64,000 nt of DNA, taken from contig CAZXFB010000024.1 of the NCBI GenBank assembly GCA_964639725.1, positions 1,638 through 65,637 of the forward strand. Direction: 5' to 3'. Made by a program: the position numbers and the translations under genes. The notes beneath the pieces were generated by a model, which saw nothing but the letters and a program-made list of their open reading frames with translations, was not told the origin of the DNA and searched no databases. This DNA is from an uncultured Rikenellaceae bacterium. Lineage in GTDB: Bacteria; Bacteroidota; Bacteroidia; Bacteroidales; VadinHA17. Below are positions 17,705 to 28,854 of this stretch, in pieces (positions within the stretch are counted from its first letter, which is position 1; the number at the start of each line of letters is the position of its first letter).

Positions 17705-19393
17705 TCAATACCCCGATGCCTGCCCATCTTTTCTCGATTCTGAAGCACCGAACCAAACCTTATTCTTATCATCCCGCATAATTGCCTGGTAACCGCCATA
17801 ACCGCCAAGATCCCATTGGATAATGTGACCCATCGACATCAGTTTATGAATTACTTCAACCCTGAATCCATTTTCAAGAAGCAGAATACCTCCATTTGTC
17901 ATCTGTTGTCCTGTTGGCTCCGAGGAGCCAATATGATGAATCCTTGGAGCATCTCCTGCTTCCTGCAGATTCATTTTGAAATCAATAAGATTAATTACAA
18001 TCTGAACATGACCCTGTGGTTGCATGTCACCTCCAACAACTCCAAAGCTGATCCAGGGTTTTTTGTTTCTGGTGATAAAAGATGGTATTATTGTATGAAA
18101 TGGCCTTTTCCCCGGAGCATAAACATTTGCATGACCTTGTTCAAGACTGAACATTTCACCCCTGTCCTGAAGAACAAATCCCAGACCTGTCGGGCACATT
18201 CCTGAGCCCATACCCCTGTAGTTGCTCTGAATGAGGGAAACCATATTGCCATATTTATCTGCAACAGTAAGATATATTGTATTAGGTGTTTCAAGTTTAC
18301 CGGCGTCATAGACATTAGCTGCCTTTTCAGTATCAATAAGCTTGCGGCGTTCTGTTGCATATTTTTTCGAAATCAACTGACTTACAGGAATTTTACTGAA
18401 AACCGGGTCGGTATAATACTTTGCACGGTCCTCAAATGCCAGTTTCTTTGCCTCAGTAAATACATGAATATAATCAACTGATCCAAATCCCATTTTGGCA
18501 ATATCATAACCTTCGAGGATATTAAGTATCTGAAGAGCTGCAATACCCTGACCGTTAGGTGGTAATTCCCATACATCATAACCTCTGTAATTTGTACTTA
18601 CGGGCTCTATCCATTCCGAATGATGGCGAGAAAGGTCGTCAAAAGAAAGGAATCCCCCCTGTTTCTTCATGAATGCGGCAATATCCCTGGCGATGGTGCC
18701 CCTGTAAAACTCATTACGGCCACCTTTGACAATTTTCTCAAGAGTGTTTGCAAGAGAAGGATTGCGGAATATTTCTCCTTTTGCGGGAGCTTTTCCCCCT
18801 GGCATATAGGTTGCTGCAATATTGGGATACTCTTTGAGTATTTGTGTTCCTTTGTCAAGATAATAAGCTATAACCTCCGTAACAGGAAATCCTTCTCTGG
18901 CATAACCAATAGCAGGTTGAAGGATCTCTTTCATACTCAGGTGTCCGAACATATCGTGCATTTCGTACCAACCATCCACACATCCCGGTACTGATACCGG
19001 CAGAGGTCCAAATGATGGAATAAAGTCAAATCCGTTCTCCTTAAAATATTCAAATTTAAGTGACCTGGGCGATCTGCCACTTGCGTTGAGGCCATATAAT
19101 TTACTTTTCTCCGCACTCCAAATAATTGCAAAAAGATCTCCGCCGATACCTGATCCCGTTGGCTCCACAACTCCTAATACAGCATTTGCAGCGATCGCTG
19201 CATCAATTGCGTTCCCTCCCTTTTTTAAGATATCCAGTGCTGCCTGTGTTGCCAGTGGTTGACTAGTTGCAGCCATCCCATTCCTGGCAATTACCTCAGA
19301 TCGTGTTGCAAAATCGTGACCGGTTACCCTGTCCTGGCCACTTGCTGTGATAGTAGTCATAATAATAAATATCAAAGAATAGATGACTCTCAT
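17705..19393 (-). CDS. ggt: Gamma-glutamyltransferase
   Basis: 562 aa with a signal peptide. GGT family motifs are present: NAIDAAIAANAVLGVVEPTGSGIGGD, the autoprocessing region …NTIYLTVADKYGN… and GGDMQPQGH. Confidence 0.9.
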   Translation of the reverse strand: MRVIYSLIFIIMTTITASGQDRVTGHDFATRSEVIARNGMAATSQPLATQAALDILKKGGNAIDAAIAANAVLGVVEPTGSGIGGDLFAIIWSAEKSKLYGLNASGRSPRSLKFEYFKENGFDFIPSFGPLPVSVPGCVDGWYEMHDMFGHLSMKEILQPAIGYAREGFPVTEVIAYYLDKGTQILKEYPNIAATYMPGGKAPAKGEIFRNPSLANTLEKIVKGGRNEFYRGTIARDIAAFMKKQGGFLSFDDLSRHHSEWIEPVSTNYRGYDVWELPPNGQGIAALQILNILEGYDIAKMGFGSVDYIHVFTEAKKLAFEDRAKYYTDPVFSKIPVSQLISKKYATERRKLIDTEKAANVYDAGKLETPNTIYLTVADKYGNMVSLIQSNYRGMGSGMCPTGLGFVLQDRGEMFSLEQGHANVYAPGKRPFHTIIPSFITRNKKPWISFGVVGGDMQPQGHVQIVINLIDFKMNLQEAGDAPRIHHIGSSEPTGQQMTNGGILLLENGFRVEVIHKLMSMGHIIQWDLGGYGGYQAIMRDDKNKVWFGASESRKDGQASGY

Positions 19394-19447
19394 TGTTCAG
19401 AAAAATTATCCCTAAAGTTACTAAATATGACAGAAGTAACAATCTGT

Positions 19448-20779
19448 TCACCTCTTATTTCCAAAGAGGTCAATTATCGTTTTACTCATTGCTGCGACCC
19501 CGGTTTTGAATGATGGATCAAAATCCGGTACAAATGATGAATTATGAAGTGGAGGTAGTTTGTCTCCTTTATTAACATGTTCATCATATTTATTTATATT
19601 CACTCCACCAAGCCAAAAGAGGGCAATTGGGATCTTTTCATCTGTAAGCCCGTATTTGCCAAAATCCTCGGCTACTGTTGCAGGATCGACCTGTATTACT
19701 TTATTGTTACCGAGTATACTCTTTATTGATCTCACGCCAGTCATAACGAGTTCCGGATTATTGGAAACAGGAGGATTTATTGCACTGTCGAACACAACAA
19801 GAGGCATTTTACTTTCGGGTAGCCCTGCCGAAATAGCAGCACCACGTGTAATACTGATTAATGACTCCTTAATGATATTAAAAACCGAGTCTTCAAAGAA
19901 TCTGATAGTTAGAAGCATTTTTACTTCATCAGGAATCACATTATGTTTTGTTCCTCCATGTATTGCACCTACCGTTACAACTGCCGGTTTGACAGGGTTT
20001 ATCCTGCGGCTTACAATGGTCTGGATATCAAGAATTATCCTGGAAGCAATTACTATAGGGTCAATGGTTGTATGAGGCATTGCACCATGCCCGCCAGACC
20101 CATAAACAGTAATCTCGGCTGATTTTACACCTGCAAAGATAGGGCCAGGATAATAACCTACTGAACCAGCAGCAAGTTCGGCACTTACATGATAGCATAA
20201 GGCATAATCTGGTACCGGGAATTTTTTAAACAGACCATCATTTAACATTGCAATAGCACCAAGGGATCCCTCCTCCCCGGGTTGAGCAATAGCCATCAGA
20301 GTTCCTTTCCATTCATCCTTTAGAGTAACCAGGGTTCTAAGGGTCCCAAGCCAGGTTGTCATATGAAGGTCGTGTCCGCAGGCATGCATTACAGGGTTTT
20401 CTTTTCCGGCAGCATCCTTCATTATAATGTTGCTTGCAAAGGGAATTCCGGTATTCTCCTTTATTGGTAATGCATCCATGTCGGTGCGCAACATTATTAC
20501 TTTTCCAGTTCCGTTCCTTAAAATGCCTACAACACCATTACCTCCAACACCTGAAGTAACTTCAAAACCTATCTTTCTGAGCTCATCCGCCATTTTCCTT
20601 GAAGTATTGAACTCCATTAGTGAAAGTTCAGGATTTTTATGAAGTTCCTGATAGACATTGCGGTAAGATTCAGTCAATTCGTTTGCAGAGTTGATTATTT
20701 TATTGTTGATCTGATTTTGCTGGCAATTCAGATCGTTAAGCAGAGCTACTGTAAAAAACAGGATAAGGAATTGTTTCAT
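19448..20779 (-). CDS. M20D-family amidohydrolase (hippurate hydrolase/aminoacylase-like), secreted
   Basis: 443 aa with a signal peptide. It has MHACGHDLH, QPGEE and GSGGHGAMPH, the characteristic M20 metal-binding motifs. Confidence 0.8.
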   Translation of the reverse strand: MKQFLILFFTVALLNDLNCQQNQINNKIINSANELTESYRNVYQELHKNPELSLMEFNTSRKMADELRKIGFEVTSGVGGNGVVGILRNGTGKVIMLRTDMDALPIKENTGIPFASNIIMKDAAGKENPVMHACGHDLHMTTWLGTLRTLVTLKDEWKGTLMAIAQPGEEGSLGAIAMLNDGLFKKFPVPDYALCYHVSAELAAGSVGYYPGPIFAGVKSAEITVYGSGGHGAMPHTTIDPIVIASRIILDIQTIVSRRINPVKPAVVTVGAIHGGTKHNVIPDEVKMLLTIRFFEDSVFNIIKESLISITRGAAISAGLPESKMPLVVFDSAINPPVSNNPELVMTGVRSIKSILGNNKVIQVDPATVAEDFGKYGLTDEKIPIALFWLGGVNINKYDEHVNKGDKLPPLHNSSFVPDFDPSFKTGVAAMSKTIIDLFGNKR

Positions 20780-20817
20780 ATATTAATTGATTATTAATTA
20801 TATTATTGCACAAGAGA

Positions 20818-21525
20818 CTATTTTTTCATTGCTTCTGCTCTTAAATCAGGTGGCATCTTTTCAATTGCATAACGGTAGGCTCTCCTTGGCATTATGGCCT
20901 TATTTTTTATTACAAAATCATAAACCTCGTGCATGTGAGCCTGGCTGGCTGCTTTCAGCATCCATCCGTAACCCTTCTGTACCATATCGTCGCTATCTGT
21001 CATTAATTTACTGGATATATCAAAAATATCATTCAGAAATCTCCCTTTTCTTGCCGGTACTATCAGAGAAACAGAAGCTGCCCGTCTCATCCAGCGGTTA
21101 TCTGAAGCTGTCCATTTTTTTAATTCATTAATTTTATCAGGATACATTTCTACAAGAGTACCTACTGTATGATTGCAAAGCGTATCACATGTTGCCCAGT
21201 TGGTTACATAATCATTTACCCACCGTTCGAAAATCTTAATATCACCAGGAAGAAATTCTTTATGAACAGCATATGACCAGTTACAGGCAATAAATGATTC
21301 TTCCATATAACCTGATTGCCATAACTCTTCACAAAAGTCAAAAACCTGCAATTTTCTCTTATCTTTTAGTCTCTTGAAATGTTCCTTCCCTATGCGGCTG
21401 ACAACTGCAGATCGGATACCATATAACCTGACAGCCTCCCTGAAAAATCTTTCCCCGCTTATTCTTGTTTGCTCCTCCGAATTTTGAATAAGCTCAAGAC
21501 GGATATCTTCAATTATCTTATTCAT
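20818..21525 (-). CDS. DNA alkylation repair protein (AlkD-like HEAT-repeat family)
   Basis: About 235 aa from the ATG at 21525 (MNKIIEDIRLEL…). It resembles pfam DNA_alkylation, for example WATCDTLC and DNRWMRRAASVS. Confidence 0.65.
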   Translation of the reverse strand: MNKIIEDIRLELIQNSEEQTRISGERFFREAVRLYGIRSAVVSRIGKEHFKRLKDKRKLQVFDFCEELWQSGYMEESFIACNWSYAVHKEFLPGDIKIFERWVNDYVTNWATCDTLCNHTVGTLVEMYPDKINELKKWTASDNRWMRRAASVSLIVPARKGRFLNDIFDISSKLMTDSDDMVQKGYGWMLKAASQAHMHEVYDFVIKNKAIMPRRAYRYAIEKMPPDLRAEAMKK

Positions 21526-21644
21526 TAATGAAATTTTTGCATTCAAAGATAATAAAATCAACCGGATGCTAATTCCCAAATTTATTGAAGATTATTCTCC
21601 CTTTTTAATAATTTAGCAGTTCCAAATTTATCAAATGCACAACA

Positions 21645-23702
21645 ATGAAACTCATGAAAAAAATTCCAACATTATTGATTATTATCATTATGAGTATAAG
21701 CTGTACAACTAGGAATATCAGGGTTACTGACCAGAATGATGATTTTAAATATTTCGTCGATCAGTTTGAAGATATTAGAATTCTGAGATACAACCTGCCT
21801 GCATTTGAACAACTGTCATTAAACCAGAAGAAATTTATTTATTACCTCGGCGAAGCTGCGATATCCGGAAGAGATATTTTATGGATGCAGAATTTCAAAT
21901 ATAATCTGATTATCCGGAAGACTTTCGAAACTATTATAAGTAACTATGAAGGCGATAAAGAGTCTGATGATTATAAAGCACTTATTAAATATGCAAAGCA
22001 GATGTTCTTTTCAAACGGAATTCATCATCTATATTCAAATGATAAGCTTAAACCAGCTTTTCCAGCTATCTTTTTAGAGCGATTGATCAGATCGTGCGAT
22101 CCTGGTACTCTTCCTGTCAGAGAGGGTGAAAACATAGAGGAATTTATCAGATTCATCAATCCATTGATATTTTCCGAGGTACTCTATCCTAAAAAGATCG
22201 AGCAGAGAGAAGGTGTTGATCTTATAACAGGTTCATCAACAAATATGTATGAAGGAGTCACACAACAGGAAGTTGAAGAGTTCTATGCTGCGCAAGTAAT
22301 ACCAAATGATCCCAAACCAGTTGAACTCGGGCTTAATACGAAAGTAATTAAGAAAAATGGAAAGGTGACAGAAGAAGTCTATAGATCAGGAGGATTATAT
22401 GGTCAGGCTATTGACAGGATAACTGAGAATCTCGAAAAAGCAATCCCTTTTGCAGAGACAGTTACTCAAAAGAAGGAACTCGGGATTCTTATTGAATACT
22501 ATAGGAGCGGCGACCTTAAAAAATGGGATGAATTTAATGTTATATGGGCAAGAAATAATGAACCCTTAATTGATTATACAAACGGATTCATAGAGACTTA
22601 TGGTGATCCCCTGGGAATGAAGGCAACATGGGAGGCAATTGTAAATTATAAAGATCTTGAGGCAACAAAAAGAACTGGTATTATAAGCGAAAATGCACAA
22701 TGGTTTGAGGATAACTCACCGATTGATCCTCAATTCAGGAAGGAAAAGGTGACAGGTGTTGCTGCTAAAGTAATAAATATTGCCATGCTGGGAGGTGACT
22801 GTTATCCCTCTTCACCTCTTGGAATAAACCTTCCTAATGCCGATTGGATCCGTAAAGATGTTGGTTCAAAGTCAGTTACACTTGCCAATATAATCAGTGC
22901 CAGGAATATTGCTGACCTTGGAAATGGATTTCTGGATGAATTTGCAGCAGACCCGGCAGAAATTGAAAGAGTAAAAAAATATGGAGCACTCGCTGATGCT
23001 TTGCATACGGATCTGCATGAGTGTATTGGTCATGCTAGTGGGAAACTGGCTGAAGGTACTGATCCCAATGCTCTCAAAAATTATGCCTCACCTCTGGAAG
23101 AAGCTCGTGCTGACCTTTTTGCATTATACTTCCTTATGGAGAAAAAAGTTATTGATCTGGGACTCCTTCCCGAAATTGAGGCTGCCAAAGCAGAATATGA
23201 TACCTATGTGAGAGCAGGTCTGATGACACAGCTTGTCAGGATCAAACCTGGAAAGGAGATTGAACAGGCTCATATGAGATGCAGATCAGCAATTACACAT
23301 TGGGTTTATGAAAAGGGCAAAGCAGAAAACATTATTGATATTTTCAAAAGAAACGGTAAGACATATGTTAAGATAAATGATTATAAAAAACTTCAGATAC
23401 TTTTTGGTGAATTACTTAAAGAGATTCAGAGAATTAAGTCAGAGGGTGATTTTACAGCCGGGAAATATATTATTGAAAACTTTGGGATAAAAGTTGATTC
23501 ATCTCTTCATACAGAGCTGCTTAAACGCTATGAGACACTGAATCTTGCTCCTTACTCAGGTTTTGTTAATCCAATGCTGCTGCCTGTTTATAATGCAAAT
23601 GGCGAGATAACTGATGTAAAAGTTGAATATACAGACGATTATCTAAGTCAGATGTTATACTATGGGAAGTATTATTCCTTCTTACCCGCAATAACCAGAT
23701 AA
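21645..23702 (+). CDS. Dipeptidyl-peptidase III (M49), lipoprotein
   Basis: 685 aa with lipobox …IIMSISC. It carries the M49 zinc motifs HECIGH and EEARAD(LFALYF). Confidence 0.85.
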   Translation: MKLMKKIPTLLIIIIMSISCTTRNIRVTDQNDDFKYFVDQFEDIRILRYNLPAFEQLSLNQKKFIYYLGEAAISGRDILWMQNFKYNLIIRKTFETIISNYEGDKESDDYKALIKYAKQMFFSNGIHHLYSNDKLKPAFPAIFLERLIRSCDPGTLPVREGENIEEFIRFINPLIFSEVLYPKKIEQREGVDLITGSSTNMYEGVTQQEVEEFYAAQVIPNDPKPVELGLNTKVIKKNGKVTEEVYRSGGLYGQAIDRITENLEKAIPFAETVTQKKELGILIEYYRSGDLKKWDEFNVIWARNNEPLIDYTNGFIETYGDPLGMKATWEAIVNYKDLEATKRTGIISENAQWFEDNSPIDPQFRKEKVTGVAAKVINIAMLGGDCYPSSPLGINLPNADWIRKDVGSKSVTLANIISARNIADLGNGFLDEFAADPAEIERVKKYGALADALHTDLHECIGHASGKLAEGTDPNALKNYASPLEEARADLFALYFLMEKKVIDLGLLPEIEAAKAEYDTYVRAGLMTQLVRIKPGKEIEQAHMRCRSAITHWVYEKGKAENIIDIFKRNGKTYVKINDYKKLQILFGELLKEIQRIKSEGDFTAGKYIIENFGIKVDSSLHTELLKRYETLNLAPYSGFVNPMLLPVYNANGEITDVKVEYTDDYLSQMLYYGKYYSFLPAITR

Positions 23703-23704
23703 TT

Positions 23705-25378
23705 ATGAAAAAAAGCACACAGGCAGTAATCTGTTTTGTCCTGTTTTCATTTCAGGTAGTTGCTCAACTGCCAGAAGCTTATAAATGGACTAAATATGAA
23801 TTGGTATTTAAGAGTAGTGTTATATATGAAAATCCTTTTCAGGATATCTTAAGTATGACAGTTACATTTTATTCACCCACAGGAAGAGTAAAAACGATCA
23901 ATACCTTCTGGGATGGAGATAATCTTTGGAAAGCCAGGTTCATGCCCGATGAAACAGGTGTATGGTCTTTTAAAACAAGCTGTTCTGATTCAAAAAATGC
24001 AGGGCTTAATGGTCAGGAGGGATCATTCCTATGCAAAATTGCTGTTGATGGAAAGGATATTATTGTTCATGGTCCTGTAGTTCATCCATCTGGTAAATAT
24101 TACCTTACTCATTCTGACGGGACTCCATTTTTTTATCTTGCCTGCACAGCATGGAATGGTGTTCTTAAATCCACCGACCAGGAGTGGGATCAGTATCTTA
24201 AACAGAGAGCAGAAAATAATTATAATGCAATTCAGTTTGTAACTACTCAGTGGAGGGGTGGAGATAAAAACAGTCTTGGAGAGGTTGCATTTGAAGGTAG
24301 TGGAAGGATAACCATTAATCCTGGGTTCTTTAAACTTATGGATAAGAAGATAGACAGAATTAACGATTATGGATTAGTTGCAGTTCCGGTAATACTCTGG
24401 ACTCTCCAGGTTTCACGTGGAAGAGAGTTGAGCCCAGGTTATTATTTGCCTGATGAACAGGCAATTTTGCTGGCTAAGTATATTGTAGCCAGATATGGTG
24501 CAAACCATGTTATCTGGTTACTAGGAGGTGACGGATTTTATACCGGCCAGTACGAGCAACGTTGGAAAACTATAGGCAGAGCGGTTTTTAACGGGTCGCA
24601 TCAGGGAATTGTTTCATTGCATCCTTCCGGCAGATCATGGATTGGAGAAGTATATAAAGATGAGAAGTGGCTCGATTTTATTGGTTACCAAAGCAGTCAT
24701 AGCAATGCTGAAGCTACTGTTAATTGGATAACAAGAGGCCCTGTTAGTCAGGATTGGGCATACCTGCCTCCACGTCCGGTTATTAATCTGGAACCTAATT
24801 ATGAAGAGATAAATTTCAAAATTACTGACCGGGATGTTCGTAATGCAAGTTACTGGAGCCTCTTTTCAGCACCGGTTTCAGGTATTACATATGGCGCCAA
24901 TGGTATCTGGCCATGGCTCAGACCGGGAGAAAAAATACTAAACCATTCTGATGCTCCAGGAACCTCACCATGGTATACAAGCATACTATTCCCTGGCTCA
25001 AAACAGATGGGGTATCTGGCAGGGTTTTTCAAGAAACAGGAATGGTGGAATCTTTATCCTGCCCAGGAGTTACTGGTAAAACAACCGGGCAACGAAATCT
25101 TTAATCAGTTTGTTTCAATACTTAAATCTATAGATAACAGAACCATTCTTGCCTATCTGCCTGTCAAACTCTCGGTTCAGATCAGGAAACCTTTGGGGAT
25201 ATCTTACAAGGCAACCTGGTTTAACCCTGTTACTGATGAATATTCTCAGGGATTTGTAGTTGATGAAGGTAATCTTCTTTCCATATCGTCAACCTTTGAA
25301 GGTGACATGTTGCTGATACTGGAAGCGGTCATTCGAAATGTTAAAAGTAGTCCGAAAAAAGAACAGGAGAGAAAATGA
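23705..25378 (+). CDS. Secreted DUF5060 + DUF4038 (GH140-like) glycoside hydrolase
   Basis: 557 aa with a signal peptide. The N-terminal Ig-like segment (YELVFKS…NPF…TFYSPTG) is followed by DGTPFFYLACTAW…, typical of the GH140/DUF4038 barrel. Confidence 0.55.
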   Translation: MKKSTQAVICFVLFSFQVVAQLPEAYKWTKYELVFKSSVIYENPFQDILSMTVTFYSPTGRVKTINTFWDGDNLWKARFMPDETGVWSFKTSCSDSKNAGLNGQEGSFLCKIAVDGKDIIVHGPVVHPSGKYYLTHSDGTPFFYLACTAWNGVLKSTDQEWDQYLKQRAENNYNAIQFVTTQWRGGDKNSLGEVAFEGSGRITINPGFFKLMDKKIDRINDYGLVAVPVILWTLQVSRGRELSPGYYLPDEQAILLAKYIVARYGANHVIWLLGGDGFYTGQYEQRWKTIGRAVFNGSHQGIVSLHPSGRSWIGEVYKDEKWLDFIGYQSSHSNAEATVNWITRGPVSQDWAYLPPRPVINLEPNYEEINFKITDRDVRNASYWSLFSAPVSGITYGANGIWPWLRPGEKILNHSDAPGTSPWYTSILFPGSKQMGYLAGFFKKQEWWNLYPAQELLVKQPGNEIFNQFVSILKSIDNRTILAYLPVKLSVQIRKPLGISYKATWFNPVTDEYSQGFVVDEGNLLSISSTFEGDMLLILEAVIRNVKSSPKKEQERK

Positions 25379-25526
25379 TGCCACTAATTATTATTATTTG
25401 CTTTGGATGATAAGTAAGTCCTTTGTTTGTATTTATTAATTGAGGTTTACAGGTTTTAGACATCCTATTATTAATTTTAGGAATTATTTTTTCTTCATAT
25501 ATTTACTTTGGACTAAAATCAACTTT

Positions 25527-27470
25527 ATGAAACCTTTGATTAAAATATTCACCTTTTTCTTTTTTGCAAAATTTTTCTTAATAGCTGGCATACCAGCAAT
25601 ATCACAAACCGTTCCCTTCTTCAAATCAGAGATTGAAACTATTAAAAAGCCATGGACTAATCTCGATTTCTATAACAATCCTGATAATTTTCAATTTGCA
25701 ATAATGGGTGATCGGGGAGGTGGTATCCGTCCCGGTATTTTCGAGGATGCTATTTTGAAACTAAATAAGTTATATCCTGAATTTGTTCTCTCTGTTGGGG
25801 ATATCATTGCCGGTTATACCCGCGATACTCTGCTGTTGAGTCCTCAGCGAAGGGAAATAGATAGTATTGTAGGTCAGTTGAAAATGCCGTTTTTCCGACT
25901 TCCCGGAAATCACGACATTACAAATCCTGTTATGGAGAAAGATTATGAACAACGTTATGGAAAAAGATATTATTCATTTACCTATAAAAATACCCTCTTT
26001 ATAATTCTCGACACTAATGATGATGACGATTATAGCCTGAAACCAGCTCAGACAGACTTCGTTTTGAAAACCATTAAAGATAATACGGGTGTCAGGTGGA
26101 CATTTGTTTTAATGCATCATCCAATTTGGTACTCAAACACGAATGGAAGATTTCAGCAGATTGAAGCAGCTTTAAGTGACCGCAAATACACTGTTATTGC
26201 AGGTCATACACACCGTTACTATTATGAGGAAAGAAATAACAATAAATACTACGTCATTGCCACCACCGGAGGTAGCAGTGAGCTCTCTGGAAATCGCTTC
26301 GGAAGGTTCGATCATGTTGTATGGATGACCATGACCGATCAGGGACCATCATTTGTCAATCTGCGCCTCGATGGTATACTTCCGGATGATGTTTCAAATG
26401 CCAGGACGGCACCGCTAGCACGTGCCCTGCTAATAAATACCACTTTCAGAAATATGGTGCTTTGCACCGAAGGAGATAAATTTACAGATGCCACACTTTA
26501 TCTCAGGGTTTCTAATACTTCAGATAAACCGCTTTTCCTTGATGCCAGATTCTTTCATAATCATCAGTTAACAATTTCAAAACCTGTTATAAATTTGACA
26601 CTTGCACCCGGTTCTGATCAACTTGTTGAAATAGAGCTGAATGCTTCTAAAGCCTTGCCTTATAACGAACTGGAAAAGCTTCAGTTGGATTGGTTATTAC
26701 ACTATGATTTAACAGAGTATCCTGATTTTAGATTGGATGGGGTGAGTGATTTTAACCTGCTACCTTCATCTACATCTTCTTTACTGCCAGAAATATATCA
26801 ATTCCTTGACAAGACGGAAGTGACGCGAAAACCGGAAAATAGTAACCTGATTGCCCGGTATTCAACAGATGGTTCTGTACCAACAATTAACTCAAGCGTT
26901 TTTAATAATAGTCTGGTTCTTAATGATACTAAAACCATAAAATTAAAGTATTTCAATAATAAGGGTCAGGCTACACAATCTGAAGTAAAAACTTATTCAA
27001 AGGTGAATCTTCAAAAAGGGGTAAAGGTCAGAAGTCTGAAAGGTGGATTGAAATACTCCTATTATGAAGGTATATGGGATAATTTGCCTGATTTTTCAAA
27101 ATTGGTTCCATTGAAAAATGGAGTTGCAGCTGATTTTAATGCTGTAAGTGAAGTTAATATGAGGGAAGATAATTTTGGAATTGTTTTTAAAGGATATTTT
27201 TATGCTCCCAAAGACGGAATGTATCTATTCAGAACCGTTAACGATGATGCTGGGAGGTTATATATTCACAATAACCTGGTTGTTAATGAAGATCTGCCTA
27301 AAGAAACGGGTGTGGTAGCTGCCGGACCTGCAGCTCTTATGAAAGGATATCATCCTGTGGAAATACATTACCTTGAACAACAAGGTGATCAGCGAATAAG
27401 GATATCTTCCAGGATGGTTGATGATGCTGATTGGAAATTATTGGAAATTAAAGGATCATTCTTTTACTAA
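25527..27470 (+). CDS. Secreted calcineurin-like metallophosphoesterase with a C-terminal PA14 domain
   Basis: ATG at 25527 (MKPLIKIFTFFFF…). Metallophosphoesterase motifs GDRGG, VGDIIAG, GNHD and AGHTHR are present. The C-terminal GLKYSYYEG…FGIVFKGYFYAPKDGMYLFRTVNDDAGRLYI is PA14-like. Confidence 0.75.
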   Translation: MKPLIKIFTFFFFAKFFLIAGIPAISQTVPFFKSEIETIKKPWTNLDFYNNPDNFQFAIMGDRGGGIRPGIFEDAILKLNKLYPEFVLSVGDIIAGYTRDTLLLSPQRREIDSIVGQLKMPFFRLPGNHDITNPVMEKDYEQRYGKRYYSFTYKNTLFIILDTNDDDDYSLKPAQTDFVLKTIKDNTGVRWTFVLMHHPIWYSNTNGRFQQIEAALSDRKYTVIAGHTHRYYYEERNNNKYYVIATTGGSSELSGNRFGRFDHVVWMTMTDQGPSFVNLRLDGILPDDVSNARTAPLARALLINTTFRNMVLCTEGDKFTDATLYLRVSNTSDKPLFLDARFFHNHQLTISKPVINLTLAPGSDQLVEIELNASKALPYNELEKLQLDWLLHYDLTEYPDFRLDGVSDFNLLPSSTSSLLPEIYQFLDKTEVTRKPENSNLIARYSTDGSVPTINSSVFNNSLVLNDTKTIKLKYFNNKGQATQSEVKTYSKVNLQKGVKVRSLKGGLKYSYYEGIWDNLPDFSKLVPLKNGVAADFNAVSEVNMREDNFGIVFKGYFYAPKDGMYLFRTVNDDAGRLYIHNNLVVNEDLPKETGVVAAGPAALMKGYHPVEIHYLEQQGDQRIRISSRMVDDADWKLLEIKGSFFY

Positions 27471-27499
27471 TAATTCCGGGGATGAGACCCTGATATGTA

Positions 27500-28744
27500 T
27501 TATTTCATATTTCTCCAGAACTTCTCCTCCGATTTCTGCATCTCCTTTCTCTTTTTTCTTTCAAGTAGCAGGTAATAGGCTGCTCCGGCTGCACCGAAGA
27601 TTAAAAAACCGAGAAGAAGATACCTGATAATACCGGAAATCTCGGCTCCTCCATATATTGCACTATTTGTTATCTGAAGACTGAGGTTAACCGGATCAGT
27701 AATTTTTGATCCTACATTAATGCTGAAGATGTTTTTTATAAAGAATAGAGAGAAGAAGGAGAGAAGACCAGAAGCAATGGGGGTAGCTAGCCATCCAAGT
27801 GCAATCTGACCTAATATTTTGAAGTTAATATTTCTGGCTCCTTTATATAATCCAATGCCTAGTACACAACCTACAATTACCTGTGAACTTGATATCGGCA
27901 CCATGGGAATCGGAGGAAGCCCGGCTTTAACAAACAGGTTCGATAAACCTGATGAAGAAAAGATAAATAGAACAAAGGCCTGAGCCAGTACCACAACAAG
28001 GGCTGCTTCGGAAGAAAGTTCAACGATATTTCCTCCTATTGTCTCCATCACTCTTTTTGAATAAGTAAATATCCCTAAGGCAATTGCAATGCCCCCAAGG
28101 AGAAACAGCTGCTGAGCAGAATTGAGAGTTATAATTCCAAGATTGAGATCTTCAAGATCAAATGCTGGCAGAAATACTCCCATTACGTTGGCAATATTAT
28201 TTGCTCCAAGGCTATATGCGCCAAATGCGCCTACAATAATTAATCCTGTTTTGATATATGATTCAAAGATAACAAGATGTATCTGTGCAGATCTTTTGAT
28301 CTTCTTAAGCGAGATATACAATATTATTGCAAAAAGTCCACCAAGTATAGGCCCGGATATCCATGTTGCAACAATTTGTGTGAGTGTTTTGCTGTCAGTA
28401 TGATTACCTGTAAATAAATTCCACCCGATAATTGCGCCGACAATCGCCTGAGTAGTTGACACAGGCAGTGCAAATTTAGTCATCAGATAAATAGTGATTG
28501 CCGCTGCAAGAGCTAATGTAAAAGAGCCGCCTAATGCATTCACTGCACCAAGTTTACCAAGAGTATCTGAAGCTCCTGCTCCCTGCAGTACAGCGCCAAG
28601 TATTACAAAAATGGAAGCAATAATTGCTGCTTTCCTGAATGTAACCATTTTCGATCCGACAGCTGATCCAAAAACATTGGAGGCATCATTCGCTCCAAGA
28701 GACCATCCAAGGAATAGACCGCTGGTTAAAAAGAAAAGAATCAT
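27500..28744 (-). CDS. Inorganic phosphate transporter, PiT family
   Basis: 414 aa. The N-terminus LGWSLGANDASNVFGSAVGS and the internal repeat GANNIANVMG are PHO4/PiT signatures. Confidence 0.9.
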   Translation of the reverse strand: MILFFLTSGLFLGWSLGANDASNVFGSAVGSKMVTFRKAAIIASIFVILGAVLQGAGASDTLGKLGAVNALGGSFTLALAAAITIYLMTKFALPVSTTQAIVGAIIGWNLFTGNHTDSKTLTQIVATWISGPILGGLFAIILYISLKKIKRSAQIHLVIFESYIKTGLIIVGAFGAYSLGANNIANVMGVFLPAFDLEDLNLGIITLNSAQQLFLLGGIAIALGIFTYSKRVMETIGGNIVELSSEAALVVVLAQAFVLFIFSSSGLSNLFVKAGLPPIPMVPISSSQVIVGCVLGIGLYKGARNINFKILGQIALGWLATPIASGLLSFFSLFFIKNIFSINVGSKITDPVNLSLQITNSAIYGGAEISGIIRYLLLGFLIFGAAGAAYYLLLERKKRKEMQKSEEKFWRNMK

Positions 28745-28854
28745 TTCAGACTATAATATTAATCGGTTAAAAAAAAATTGTACCTGCCTGATGCCGGATC
28801 TTGGCTACCTGCTGACTACCTGAAGTTAATAGAACACACCACATCATTAACCTC

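Noticed and set aside
16227-27470. Treating the glycosidase and peptidase genes (GH29, ggt, M20, DPP III, GH140-like, phosphoesterase) as a polysaccharide utilisation locus
   Set aside because: There is no SusC/SusD pair and no hybrid two-component or ECF/anti-sigma regulator. The genes lie on mixed strands with unrelated substrates, so this looks like a loose collection of scavenging enzymes.
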